Source: Guillardia theta CCMP2712 (lineage: Eukaryota; Protista; Cryptophyta). Taken from it: DNA of 64,000 bases. The DNA lies in NCBI RefSeq assembly GCF_000315625.1, contig NW_005434663.1:897882-961881 (forward strand). The letters are read 5' to 3'. The notes under the pieces were generated by a model. That model was not told the DNA's origin. It did not search any database and was given only the letters and a program-made list of their open reading frames with translations. A program made the position numbers and the translations under genes. The stretch's first letter is position 1. The number at the start of each line of letters is the position of its first letter. Positions 36,040-47,900 of this stretch are shown piece after piece.

Positions 36040-37444
36040 CCTGCCTTGACCGTGTCCAGTTGACGCTCTTGCTCCATCTACAGCATGCGTAAGGAGGGGG
36101 AAACGCGGGTAGACTAGCTCACCTCAGCAATCTTCTTGCGCAACATTTCGTTTTCAGTTTCTAACGCCGCAAGCTTGCCATCGTTGCTCTCCCTTCCGTT
36201 CGCGTGTATACTGCTGTGAATGTCGTCAAACCCCCTCGCTGCATCGCCAACAAGTTGTTTACCTGCTGGTGGAAGAATTCAAACTCTGGTCCATGCTCAA
36301 GGCCGAATCCAACTTCTGGATCTCTTGCTCTGCTGAAGCCAGTTTTTCCTTTACAGAGCCTCAGTCGGAGGTTAAGACTTCAATCTGATGAGGGCAACCT
36401 TGAGGTCTCTGATGATATTCATACAGACAGCCTTCTCCCGATGCAGCCTGTAGCAGATAGATTCCAGATCTACAGCGAGATTCACATCGAGGCTTCTTCA
36501 TCAAAACAACAACACACATTGAACTTGTATACTCTCTGCATATTTGGCCGAAATTTGCTCATCCGGATCTTCATCTTGACTAGAGAGCGAGTAATTCGAT
36601 CTGTTCAACAATTTTCATTTACATCCATGATCAGAGATGACAAGAGTTACCTCGAAGGTCGTGTACTGCTCGCTGTCTCGACATCATCGACATCATCTTG
36701 AAGGCTCAGGGGGTTCGCCTAGAGTTGAATCACAAACCAGATGATAAGAAAGCGTCGTCAACCGGATCTTGATACGGAAATTCTGAATCTTGCTCCAAAT
36801 ATTTGCCTGTGATGTCTCGTCAGATGATGGGCTACCCTTTTCCTCCATGCACCTCTCGTCAGCCTTTGACCCTCAGACCTTTAACACTCCATGTTAGAGC
36901 ATGATGGGTTCACAACATTCATCATACCTCGTCATCTTGCTTCTGTAGTCCCTCAAAGCTACACCTGCCCTGTGATGCGCCAGGAAGGCCTGGGGTTGGA
37001 GGGGAAGCTCAACTATGATGTATGGTACAGAGAGAGGAGTTCTGCACCTGGTTCTTCCAGTTTCCTATTTCTTCGTCCATGATTCTTCTATCGATTGCAA
37101 ACATGTCGAACTGAGGGAAAGTGTGAAACCCGGTTTGACATTGCGGCGTCGATCAAAGGACAAAGATACAAGTCAACATCGGGTTCAGCAGAGCTCATGA
37201 TCATGGTAATGTTGATTATAGAGCGATGAAGATGTCATAACAACATGAAGATTTCACCTCTGAACCCAATTCCCCGACATTGGCACTTTTGTATTGCCAC
37301 CTAACAACAGCAACATCAGTCCCCCCTGATTGAATCACAGGCTGACTTACCATACTTTCCTCCTGCCCTGGGGAGTAGATGACCGCTGCTGCGCAAACTA
37401 TTCGTAGCCTGAATCAGAGTACACCCAGAGAGGAAAAAATTGTG

Positions 37445-37476
<32 letters not shown>

Positions 37477-37604
37477 TTATTACCTGCAGCCCAGCTTCCT
37501 GATTTCGAAGAGGATCTCTGCTGACCTGTCAAAGAATTTATTGACTGAGGAGACAGAGGTGGAACATTTGCCACCTTCGTCTTGACCAGGCGCTTTCCGC
37601 TCAT
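36040..37604 (-). CDS. Hypothetical multi-exon protein with C-terminal coiled coil
   Basis: Start MSGKRLVKTKVANVPPLSPQ..; late exon GKLAALETENEMLRKKIAE; short AT-rich introns; 3' end unresolved. Confidence 0.45.
37444..37478 (+). repeat. (GCGT)n tetranucleotide microsatellite, intronic
   Basis: About 8 tandem gcgt units. Confidence 0.9.
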
Positions 37605-38244
37605 CTTCAAGAGACTGAAGCGAAGGATCCCTGCAGGGACAGCGTCACGAGCAAGATCCTGGAACAATGCCTTTGAATTGATTGATTGGGTACTCCTCTT
37701 TCCCTCTGCTTCTCCTCCTCTTCCTCTCACTCCTGTCCTCTGTGCTTCATTTCTCTCGTTCGCTCCTGCAGCATTCTCTTGGCTCCCTTCCACTCCCCCT
37801 CCTCGCCAGAGGCTCTACGCCCCGCGCAGCCGCCTACGCATTGCGGTTGACAAACTTTCCTTGACAAATTCGTACTTTCAAACTTGTCGAAAGAGAAAAG
37901 TTTCTAAAGTTGAAATCAATAGTATCAGCAATACAATTGATGTATAGCTTATACCGAGTACCAGCGTCAGCCGTTGGGGTGCCGGGCTCCTTCTTTCCCT
38001 CCCCCCGTCCTCCTCCTCTTCTCCCCCTTCATTTCTGTTCTTCCCACATTCCTCTGAATCATCGTCAGAATCTCAAACATCCAAGTACTCCACGGCCACT
38101 AATTCTCTTCTCACAACGCTCCTATCAGTGTCAAATCCTCTCCGCTACCTTCATCCTCTTCCCCGTTCCCCTAGGGCGACTTTCATGAGCATTCCTGGAT
38201 CTTGTGCTGCGGTTTGATCAACGGATAGCATATTCAGAATAGAC

Positions 38245-39184
38245 ATGTCCAATTCGCTGCTGTGGAAAGATTTGGACCTTGCATCGACTGAGCACTATGT
38301 GTCGTTGAAGGATGCACAATCACGGTGGGACTGGTTGAGAGACAGGTTCTCAAAGGAACTTGGAAATGACGAGGATCGGGTGAAGATCCTCGTGGATCTT
38401 TTCTATTACACCCTGCAGTTTGGGATAGACAAGTCATTCACGTATGACAAGCTCTCTGCCTTGCTCTCAATCATCAAACAATCGCATGAAGAATCCATGA
38501 ATCAGTTTCTGCCTGCCACCACAAGCTTCGAAAACTTCAAAGATCTGCTCATCCGTCACTGTGTCAACCGTCCACCATACAGTGTGGGACTGTTCACTAT
38601 GCAGGATTCTGCCATGATAACGGATTTCGTTTCCAAGGGCTATTATCGGCACTACATGCTTTACAAATATGCTTTCACGAAGAAGACAGAACTAAGTTTC
38701 TCTACCTACTACACTTACACCAAGAATCCTATCGACGATCTACCAGCCGGATTCTTGCAGCCCCTCAAGCTTGCGCAGGAAGAGAACGAGAAGCTCAAGA
38801 AGTCTGAGGAAGAGGCGAGCAGAAACGGCACAGAAGATGAGAAAAAAGTCGGCTGACTTGAAGTTTTGCAGGCCCTGGCAAAACTTGAGGCGGCAAAGAG
38901 TGATTTGACTCCTGAAGATCTCGAAAAAGCCGGTGTGCCAGCGGATATTCGGGAGGAAGTCCTGAAGCAAGTGAATGAGAAGATGAATGATGTGAAGTTG
39001 ATTTGTTTTCCCATACTTCGCACTTATTCCGTTCCAAAGATGAAGAACAAGATGGAAGAGAAGCTGGAGTCGCAGACCAAGGATCTTCAGGTAGGAATGG
39101 AGCATCTTACTCGTTCTAGACTGACTAGCTGGTTTGCAGGCCCGTATAGCAGAGCTCGAGAAATTGCGGGCTGGAAAAAACTGA
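38245..39184 (+). CDS. CFAP119: Cilia/flagella-associated protein 119 (CCDC189, C1a-32/CLAMP family)
   Basis: LLWKDL..ILVDLFYYTLQFG..FTYDKLSALLSI..FKDLLIRHCVNRPPYSVGLFT..ITDFVSKGYYRHYMLYKYAFT; coiled-coil tail ending ELEKLRAGKN*. Confidence 0.85.
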
Positions 39185-39376
39185 GAACGCTGCCATGTGA
39201 ATACATCTGGCTTTGTTGTGTACATTCTAATGAATGTGTGCTCCGTGATGCTAAGATCGCAAAGTTATAACTTTATTTACAAAGTATGACTGTGCTGCAG
39301 ATTCAGTGCTATTTCTGTTGCCTTCATCTCCGCATCCCTGGGATGGTGGTAGTGCCATCAAGGGAAGTCAAAGTTA

Positions 39377-40675
39377 TCATGTGTTTTGCCTCCTCCCCGC
39401 AATGACTTCCATGATGAACTCTACTGATCTTCGCATTTTTCCTTTTGCCATCGGCAAACATGAGAATGCTTGCAGGACTCAACAGCAACAGCAGTCATAC
39501 CTTGAAAGCCATCTGTCTCGTTCCCGATGAGACGTCTGCAAGGGTGTTGCTTCCATGCATCTTTCACCTACAGCACCCTCCTATCAATGATTTCCTCTTT
39601 CACTGTCCTCCTCCACTCCAAAACACGTTCGTCAAGCTTCACAACTTCGACTTCCTTCTCTTACTTTGTCGTCGAGTTCTCTTGCGATGCTGGGAGTCTC
39701 AGAGCGGAACACAGTCTTGCCAGAGTCATCAGTGACCTGAACATTCATCATTCAGGTTGAGAAGAATCTGCAAAGATGAAACTTGCTTCGCCATGCTTGT
39801 AGAAATCCTCTGCTCCATCGGCAGCAGTCACAAGATGAAGAACTCCGTCATACCTGCACGGATCAAAAAATCCATCTCACCGACAGAAACAAACTGACCA
39901 GAGCTATAAAGGTTTCTTATTATCATCAAAACTTGATGCAACCAACCTCGTCAGAAGCTTGTCGAGCGAAAGACCCGAGACTTGTAGCAAACGATTCCAT
40001 TGCTCTGGCGGGAGATATGCAGAGATATCCAGGATGCCTCGGTCCATCACGATGACCGAAGTTCGACTGTGCATGGAGTTTCAGCCATGAGGAGCAAACT
40101 GTGTGATTCAGATTCACCCTGTGGTCTGTGCGATCTGGTAGAAGGAGTCTTCCATCTGAATCTGGAGGTCGATCAAGGCCTGCGAGTCCCAGCCGAGTCA
40201 AATCGCGCATGCTCGACTGTGAAGAGGCTACTTTCTCGAAGCGGATCAATTTTTCTCCTCCCTCTATTCCCGGATACTTGCACATACCCGTTAGCGGGTC
40301 ATCATGGCAGAACTACAAGGAGGCGCATTGGTCTACCTTGCATCCTCCGGTCATCAGGATCGTCGGGACCTCAGGCACAGTGTAGATATCAATACTGTCA
40401 AGGAGGTCAGCGGATGAAACCTTCATCGTTCAATCTCGTGCCTGTGCTTCTCCAGGTGAGACCTGCCAACTCGCTTTAGCCCCGTCCCCGTTGCTCCTCC
40501 GGCCTCACCTTATCGCGTCCAGGCTCGAGCTCTTTCCCCCGCAAGGGCCACCCGTGAGAGCGACGCGGTAGATGGCGTTGCTGTTCCTCACGGACATACT
40601 CTGACAGCGCTGGGCTCTCACAGGCAGCAGCCTGAAGCTCCGAGCGAGGCCATGTAGCGTCCGTAGCGGCAACAT
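39377..40675 (-). CDS. TTD14-like P-loop NTPase (AAA_28/NadR-type) with putative mitochondrial presequence
   Basis: Manual splice: MLPLRTLHGLARSFRLLPVRAQRCQS..IYRVALTGGPCGGKSS..IYTVPEVPTILMTGG..LQIQMEDSF..IVMDRGILDISAY..YDGVLHLVTAADGAEDFY..KDAWKQHP; mostly missed by the ORF track. Confidence 0.85.
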
Positions 40676-40976
40676 CTCATCTCTTCCACTTTTTCCCTCA
40701 TCCCATCTCAGCTCCGGGCCGGCCCGGGGCCTTCATCGCACTCACGGGCGGCAACAGGTCGAACTCTAACTCGTGGCCCGGGCCCGTGGGACGGTATCAT
40801 TGATCCTTGTCGTTGGGTCTCTCCCAATGTTCCTCATCATCCTCATGCTCGCCTGTGCTGGTGACTTACACTGTGACTCGCTGCTGGTCCTAGCGGCTTG
40901 CGAGAAGAACATGCGACATGTTGACGAAAAGACCTGAGCTGGTCTGGAGTGAGCTGATCAGTGAAGAGGAGATCGC

Positions 40977-41100
40977 CTGCTTCATTCCTACCCGCGCGCA
41001 TCGAAGCTTTGCTCACTCGCGCGGGTAGGAATGAAGCAGCTTCGATGCAATCGAAGCTTTCTTCTTCTCTACATAAAGAAGCTTCGATTGCATCGAAGCT
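40977..41100. repeat. Two adjacent perfect 22-bp inverted repeats (nested palindrome cluster)
   Basis: 40977-40998 pairs with 41018-41039; 41038-41059 pairs with 41079-41100. Confidence 0.92.
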
Positions 41101-41246
41101 TTCTTCTTTTGGTATGTCGAATTATTGATTTAGTCACTGTTTACTATCATGTAGAGAGGGAGAGAAAGGGCAGAAGGTTTGACCTTGAATGAACACTGAT
41201 ACTAATGATTACACTGAGAGTACATGGAATTGTGTGATACCAGAGG

Positions 41247-44200
41247 CTAGTCTTTGTCCCACAAGTCCTGAAGGAGGGCCCGCCCCTTCTTGGCCTTGGC
41301 TCCCTTCTGCAATCCACCCATGTCGAACAAAGAAGCAGTAGGAAGGGACGTGAGGTCACATGGAGCCTGAACCTCCGGAGGTGTTGGCTCCTTCACTGGC
41401 TCCTTTCCACGCTTGTCACTGCCGCCGTCTCTCCTCGCCTGCACGTCCGTCCTGAGCGAAGAAGGTCAGCTCAACTCGAGTCCTGCTGGCCGTGATTACC
41501 TTGACGGTGATACTCGCTTACTTTCGGGTTGAAGGAACTGACGGGCTTTCTCACCCAGAAAAGTCAAAATTCGATCTTTCAGGTTGGAAGTGCTGATCTG
41601 CAGAGAGACAAGTCAGGTAGGAGGAGCAGAGGGCAAGGGACGAGTTACCATATGAACCGACTTCAGGTCGAGGATGGTCGGCCATGTGTAGACAACGTCG
41701 AGCAGCTCTCTGCGCAGGGAGGTCAGCAACGGGGAGGACTGGAGTAGACGGACATACGTTCTGCGCATCTTCAATACTTCGGCTCGGCAAGGGAAGCCTG
41801 AGGGGTGATCAGATCGACAAGCATGCCAAAGAGCTCAAACCTTTGAGCTCCGGCAAGATAAATCCTGGGTCAGTATTCAGATGCTTCCTCAACAACTCGC
41901 GCTTGTGCCGGGTTTCTCCGTCCATTTCTTCATCACCTTCCACCTCCCCGACTGTCTCTGGGTTGAATTCTTTGCCTCCTCCCTGCCTCTTCGCGTCTGT
42001 AAAGCCCAGCAGTCTCTCTGCAACACTTTTCCTGCAAGCGGCTTCATTAACTTCCTCCCTGCCGGTCGTTCCGCTCTCAATTCCCCCACTCGCGTTCCGT
42101 TGATCTCCAGCGACATCGAGTGGAGGAGGAGGGTTCCGTGGCAGGTTTCTGCTAACCTCCTCCTTCTCCCCCCCATTGTCACTTCGGTTGGGTCGCTGAA
42201 ATCCAGTCGGAGGATGCGGAGGTTGGACTTGACTGATAGCCTCACCCTCCGTCGGATCACACGAGCGATTGGAAGTCTTGGGAGGCTGGACACGCGATGG
42301 CAGAGAAGCAAGGAGCTGAGTCGAAAGCGCGATCAAATCATCGGAGGAAGCTCCTCCAATGCGCCCTCGTGGACGGGCGACTGGGTCTTCAGGTCTTGAG
42401 ATCGTCTCAATGCTATTCCATGTCAACGGCTGTATCGTCCTAACACAGCAAGGAGGACCTGATGGGGGCTGTCGACGGATGAAAGCTTGCCTGGGTCTTG
42501 TTTGATCGGGAGATACTGACAAAGTATCAGTCTTTCTGCCTACTCCAACAGGGCAGATACAGATTCCTGCAGGCAGGGCACCTCACAATCCCTACAGCCT
42601 CAAGTTTACCTCTGCACTTGTTGCATGTCTGACCATTGCTGTGAGCGCGAGCTGAGCAGGAAAGGGTTCAAGTCATACCGTGTATCCACAAGAACAAAAT
42701 GACGAGTTTTGATTATCAATCTTCTCTTCACAACACAACTGGCATGTTTGAGCGCCAGACGAGTGAGACTCTTCGCATTCCACTTGCTGTCGGTCGACTT
42801 GTTGTGTAGTCGTGTTGTCGACACGGAGCCCCGAGATGTCTTGGCGCTTGCGGAGAAGACGAAAAGCCTCATCAGCAGACAATGATGCTTCACTCCTTCC
42901 CGAACCAGTATTGTTCACGTATGTTTGCTCTCTCCCACCCTTGGATCCGAACTGCTGTCTAATAACATCCAAGAGGTTCTTGTGACGGGGAACTCTGCCA
43001 GCTTGTGAGTTCGTCCTGAAGAGCTAGCGAAGATACTCACTCTGTCGTTTCCCACAGATGCGGCAGCCTCACTCCCTCCTTGAGAGTCTCCTCTTCCTCC
43101 TCCTTGGGTTTGACTTGGTCTCTTTCTCTCTCCCGCGCCAACCTGGCAGCTTCTATCGACTTATATTGTTCCTCCCGTTGATCTCTGAGTGCCTTGTTGT
43201 CGTTTCATTCGGATTCTTCCTGTCACAAAACAACATGGTTCACCTGTCGATGACCTTCAAGGTCAGCCATGAGCGCATCAGTGTTCCCATTGCTGGGAAG
43301 AAATCTCAGTCAAAACCCTTGTTCCAAATCGACGACTCACTAGGCTTTCGACCGCTCTTCGAATTCTCGTGTCATTTCTTGAAACATCTCATTGCTTGAG
43401 GGATGTCAATAACTTCTGAAGAATGAAATGTCGGATGTTACATTGTAGTGTTCTCGATGTGTTTCACTTCTTTACGTCCTCTGTGAATTCGCGAATGACA
43501 TTTCAAGGTCATCTGATTTCATTCTTGAGTTCATGGCCACAGTGTATGTCAACCGTCAATGCAACCTCTCTCAGCTTCGCCAAATGTTCATCTTTCAACC
43601 CCGTGATGCCAAGGCTTCTCTGCCTTTCAAACTTATCGACAATCTCTTGAACCCCTTTCTCCTTGTGCTGCCTGCAAAGTTTCAGTCTTGGCGGGCCGGT
43701 TGGCGTGGTTACCGGTAGAGCTTCTCTGCCTCGCCTGAAATGATCTGGCTTGGACTATATTTCTTTGTCCTCTTCAACACTCGTTTTCAAACCCAGCAAG
43801 TCTCACCGGAGTCACAAGATTTCTCAGGATCTTCTCTTCGCTGACGTAGCCAACCTGCAGGAAGACTCGTTCTCATGAGAAAGTCCCTAGCGCAGGACAA
43901 CAATTCTTGCCTCCTTCTCCAACACATTCGCAGTCGGATTGAGCCTATGCCATAGCTCCGGGCTGAATGATGATATCACTTTAGAGTGACCCAGTAAGAC
44001 AAGATAATTTACTTAGCAACGAAGGATTCTTCCAGCTGAGACATTCGCTCCGGTATCCTGTAAGAAACATGTCGGCCACAGCTCAAGGTGAGTGTCTGGC
44101 GTACATGAGCGTGTTGTATCTATCCGGGATGTTCACAGCTCTCCTCTTGACATCCTGCGATCTTTCCTGTGGCTGTCCGAACCCCATAAAAAAACGACTG

Positions 44201-44382
44201 GCAAAATTTCTGCAGCATGATACCTGCGACCAGCGTTTGTGTGTACGAGGGCGATTAACCGCTAGAGCACTGTTGTGAAACGTGGGCGAGCAGGCCAACA
44301 ACAGCAAGGGAAAGAGGAGCTGCTTTGCGCTTGACGAACATCCTTTTCGTTTCGGAAGAGGGACCAACGGAAACATTTTCAA
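41247..44382 (-). CDS. Hypothetical multi-exon protein (possibly two genes) with signal-like N-terminus
   Basis: Leader ..KQLLFPLLLLACSPTFHNSALA; chain of exon-like ORFs, including a Cys-rich CQLC..CSC segment, ending ..LLQDLWDKD*. Confidence 0.45.
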
Positions 44383-44920
44383 TCAGGAGTTGTACCCGCA
44401 AGCAGAGCTCGTGCCGCGATCATGATCTCGATATACCTAGCGCTGTGTTGTTTTCTTGTCTTGGCGCTCTCGCGCATGCGTTCTCTTCTGCTTCCATCGC
44501 TCCCCTCTTGCCCCCACCATGAAGGCAACATGACCAGCTTCAATTATTACTCAAAATCTCTTTTATTGACTGAAAAAGAAGGACAAACCGTAGCGAACAA
44601 AGGAGGGGGAGGATAGAGCCAACAAACCCGCCTCAATAAAATACTAGGAAACGAAGGAGGCAGCGAAAAAATCAGCGACTTTGAACCAGCGGGCCCGGGC
44701 CTCACTGCGGCACCCGGGCCAGAAAAAAAAGTCAATCATCTAAACTTGTGACGTTTCACCTTGACAGTTCGGAGGAAGGGAATGCAGAGGAACTCGCGGG
44801 TGGAGTGAGGAGGGAGAGGGAGAGGGAGAGAGGGAGAGAGGGAGAGGATGCGGGAGAAGAGAGATGGAGGAGGGTAGTCTTGAAGGAGCAGAGAACGAGT
44901 GAGGAATCACTGCTGCCAGG

Positions 44921-47900
44921 ATGTCTGCAGACTTTGTGTACGTGGACACTGATAAGAAGCGTGAAGAAGAGCCGAATCTCCTCTCGCTCTTCAACTTTGG
45001 CAATGGGAAGAGTGCTGAGAAAGCTGTGGTCAAGAAGCAGAGCAGCAAGAAGCTCGCTGAGCTGCCGCCGCCCGACATTGTGATCACATGTGTGGATGAA
45101 TACGACCCTGTGTTCGTTGGCGAATATGTTCCAGAGGTGCAACGCAGGACAGAGACGCTGACGATAACATGGAACATGTCCTGGAGTGATGTGTTGGACC
45201 TGTTGAAGTTCACTTTCGGAAGGGCTGTCATTTTCCAGTACGAGATCAACAAGATTCCTCGGATCGTCACAGACGAGAACGACTTCGATCAGTTCTGCAA
45301 CTATGCAGAAAGCCAGCACGAAGTGATTCAGGTGCGGATAGTGAGTGCGCTGTACAAGCCGTCGGAATGGATCTCAACACGTGCAGAGAGATTGCCTCCC
45401 ATGCTGGACGTCATGACCAACACGGTCATTTCGCTGCCATTACCGGTGGCCGAGGCAGACGAGGCTACTACTGAAGACGTGCAAGAAGACGAGCTTCCGA
45501 TGGAAAGTTATGTGGAAGAGACCAGCAGGTTTCCGAGTTTCTCGTTCTTTCAAAACCACCCGAAGAAGATCGAGCACCTGATGATCTTCGGGATGGGAGG
45601 CTTTCTGCTATGTTGCGCCGTCATTGTGATTTGCTACTGGAAGCACATTGACACCGTCGCAGCCACTACACTTGCTCTCCCCTTCAATCTTTTCTTCAGC
45701 GCCTTTCTTGTCCGTCAGATGGAGGAAGGGTTCTCCCCCATATTCAAGCTCGGGATCGCTTTCTTTGGCTTCTGGGCATCTTTGGCTGTAGTCATTCTGC
45801 TTTCCTTTGCCCACCAACTCACGCAGATCATTGGAGTCGCTCTGTGGACGATCTCGACCTTCTGGTACTTAGAAGTCATCACCGATGCCTTGGGATGGCC
45901 GGGATGGCTGACGGGGTTCGTCATGTTCAGCCGCTGGGTCAGAGGCGGCTGTGTAGTCTTCGCTGCTCCCATCCCCGAGCCAATCGAGCCCATCACCATC
46001 GTGGGGAAGGAGCCAGACTCGCAGGCGTTCAATGCCCGGGAGTTGATGCACTTGGCAGGGCTGGCGAGGGAAAGGCAGGAGAACGTGAAGTGGAAGAAAC
46101 TCGACAAGTACCTGAAGGACCAGCAGGTTGTTCACGTCTGCCAATGCCTCAACACCCTCTCCCACAAGTCCATGTGGGAGGGGGCGATGGGCAACCCGGT
46201 GGGCCCGCTCGGCCTCGGGATCATTGACAAGAAGTGGGCCCGTCAGCTGCTGAAGTGGCTGACCCGAAAGGGCAATTTCAGTCATGCGATGATGGAGAGG
46301 AAATCAAAACTTGGGATAGGAAAAGTCCTCACTGTGTTTGGGGGAGAGAGCGCAGGGATAATCGAGGTTCAGTGGGAGAATGAGACCAACCAGGTGTTCG
46401 CTGGAAAGAAAGGAGTCTACGAGGTGCTGCTGTATGAGGTCCCTGAGGTGGAGGAGTACAAGTTTTCCGACGGGGTGGATATGAACGTGAATTCCAGATT
46501 CATCTTCAAGTTCTTCACTTTTGTTCGGTTGTTCCTTCCAAAGTTTCTCGGCTGGGTTCTTGTCTGGGCCATCTTCTTTGGCTACTATGGAATGCTCTAC
46601 GTCTTCGAATATTCCATCACGAGTTATTCTGTCTACCAAGCCATGGGCAGCAGTTATGCCATGCCGGGCAGATTGTACAGCGCTGCTCCCGGAAACAAGC
46701 TTTGGCTGCACATTCATTGTAAAGGGTTCACAAAGAGCAACGGCAGCATTCCAGACAAACGCAACGTGGTCAGTCGCCTGCTCCAGAAGCGTCTAAGGCA
46801 AGGAGCGGATCTGACTTTGACTGCAGGTTGTCATCGAGTCAATGGAGCACCTGGGGATGAGCGTGGCTATGGCTCGACTGCAGGATGCGATCGCCCAGTA
46901 CGGGGTAAGAGAGACGCTTCTTCCTCTTGCCGCGACCTGCGAGTGACTGTTGCTATCTTCAGATCTGTTGTGTCTATGACAGGATCGGATATGGTTGGAG
47001 CACCAGCGTCGAGACTTACCAGGAAACTCGGACAAACAGGACGCCGTCTGTCATCGCCTCGGAGCTTCATTATGCTCTCCGCTACGGTCTCGACCCAGAC
47101 TTCAAACGCCCTCTCTTTTACTACAGGAACGTCGTCGACCAGCAGAACCGGACCATTCAGATCGAGTCTCCCATCAACCCCCCCTACCTCCTCCTCGGTT
47201 ACGGAGCTGGCGGGCTGTACGTTCGGCAGTTTGCGCACGACTATCCTGAAGACACGGCTGGACTATTGCTGGTCGATGCACTTCCAGCCATAGGCAACGA
47301 CAAGAACGTGACGTCATCGGTGCAGGGATACCTGAGCTCGTTCGAGCTCTTCATGTGTCAACGCTTCTTGCAGCCCATCGGACTCGTCTACAACTTCCTG
47401 CCTTCCTACGTGACGGGGATCTTCCGGCAGCAGACTTCGGAGCGGCTCAACGGCAATGCCGGCGGCCCGAACGACTATGACGTCATGATCAACTTTATGT
47501 ACAGCAGGTCATGGTGCCCAATTGTAATCGCCGAGTATGATGGAATCTTCAAGCTTGAAGGGATCAAGACGGTAGCAGAAGCGGACAGGAAGGGGTATGA
47601 CGTCCCTACCGTCGTCTGGGCTAGGGAGGACGATTCTATCCTAAACATCAAGTCGACCGACAAGATCTACGACTACAACATCTCAAAGCTCCCCGCCAGT
47701 AGCCTGAGGAGGAGCGCGACTAACGCAACGTCCTCCACGTCCTTGTGCACGGGAGAAGACTGCGTGTCCTGGTTCGACGTGCAAGCAGACCTGGTGAGGT
47801 TGAGCACGAAGCCTTGGATCAACCCCTTCAACGGCAAAGTTCAGATCATGCGAGGAGACGTGCAAAGCTGTGCGACACTCGGCTGCTCCACGTTCACTCC

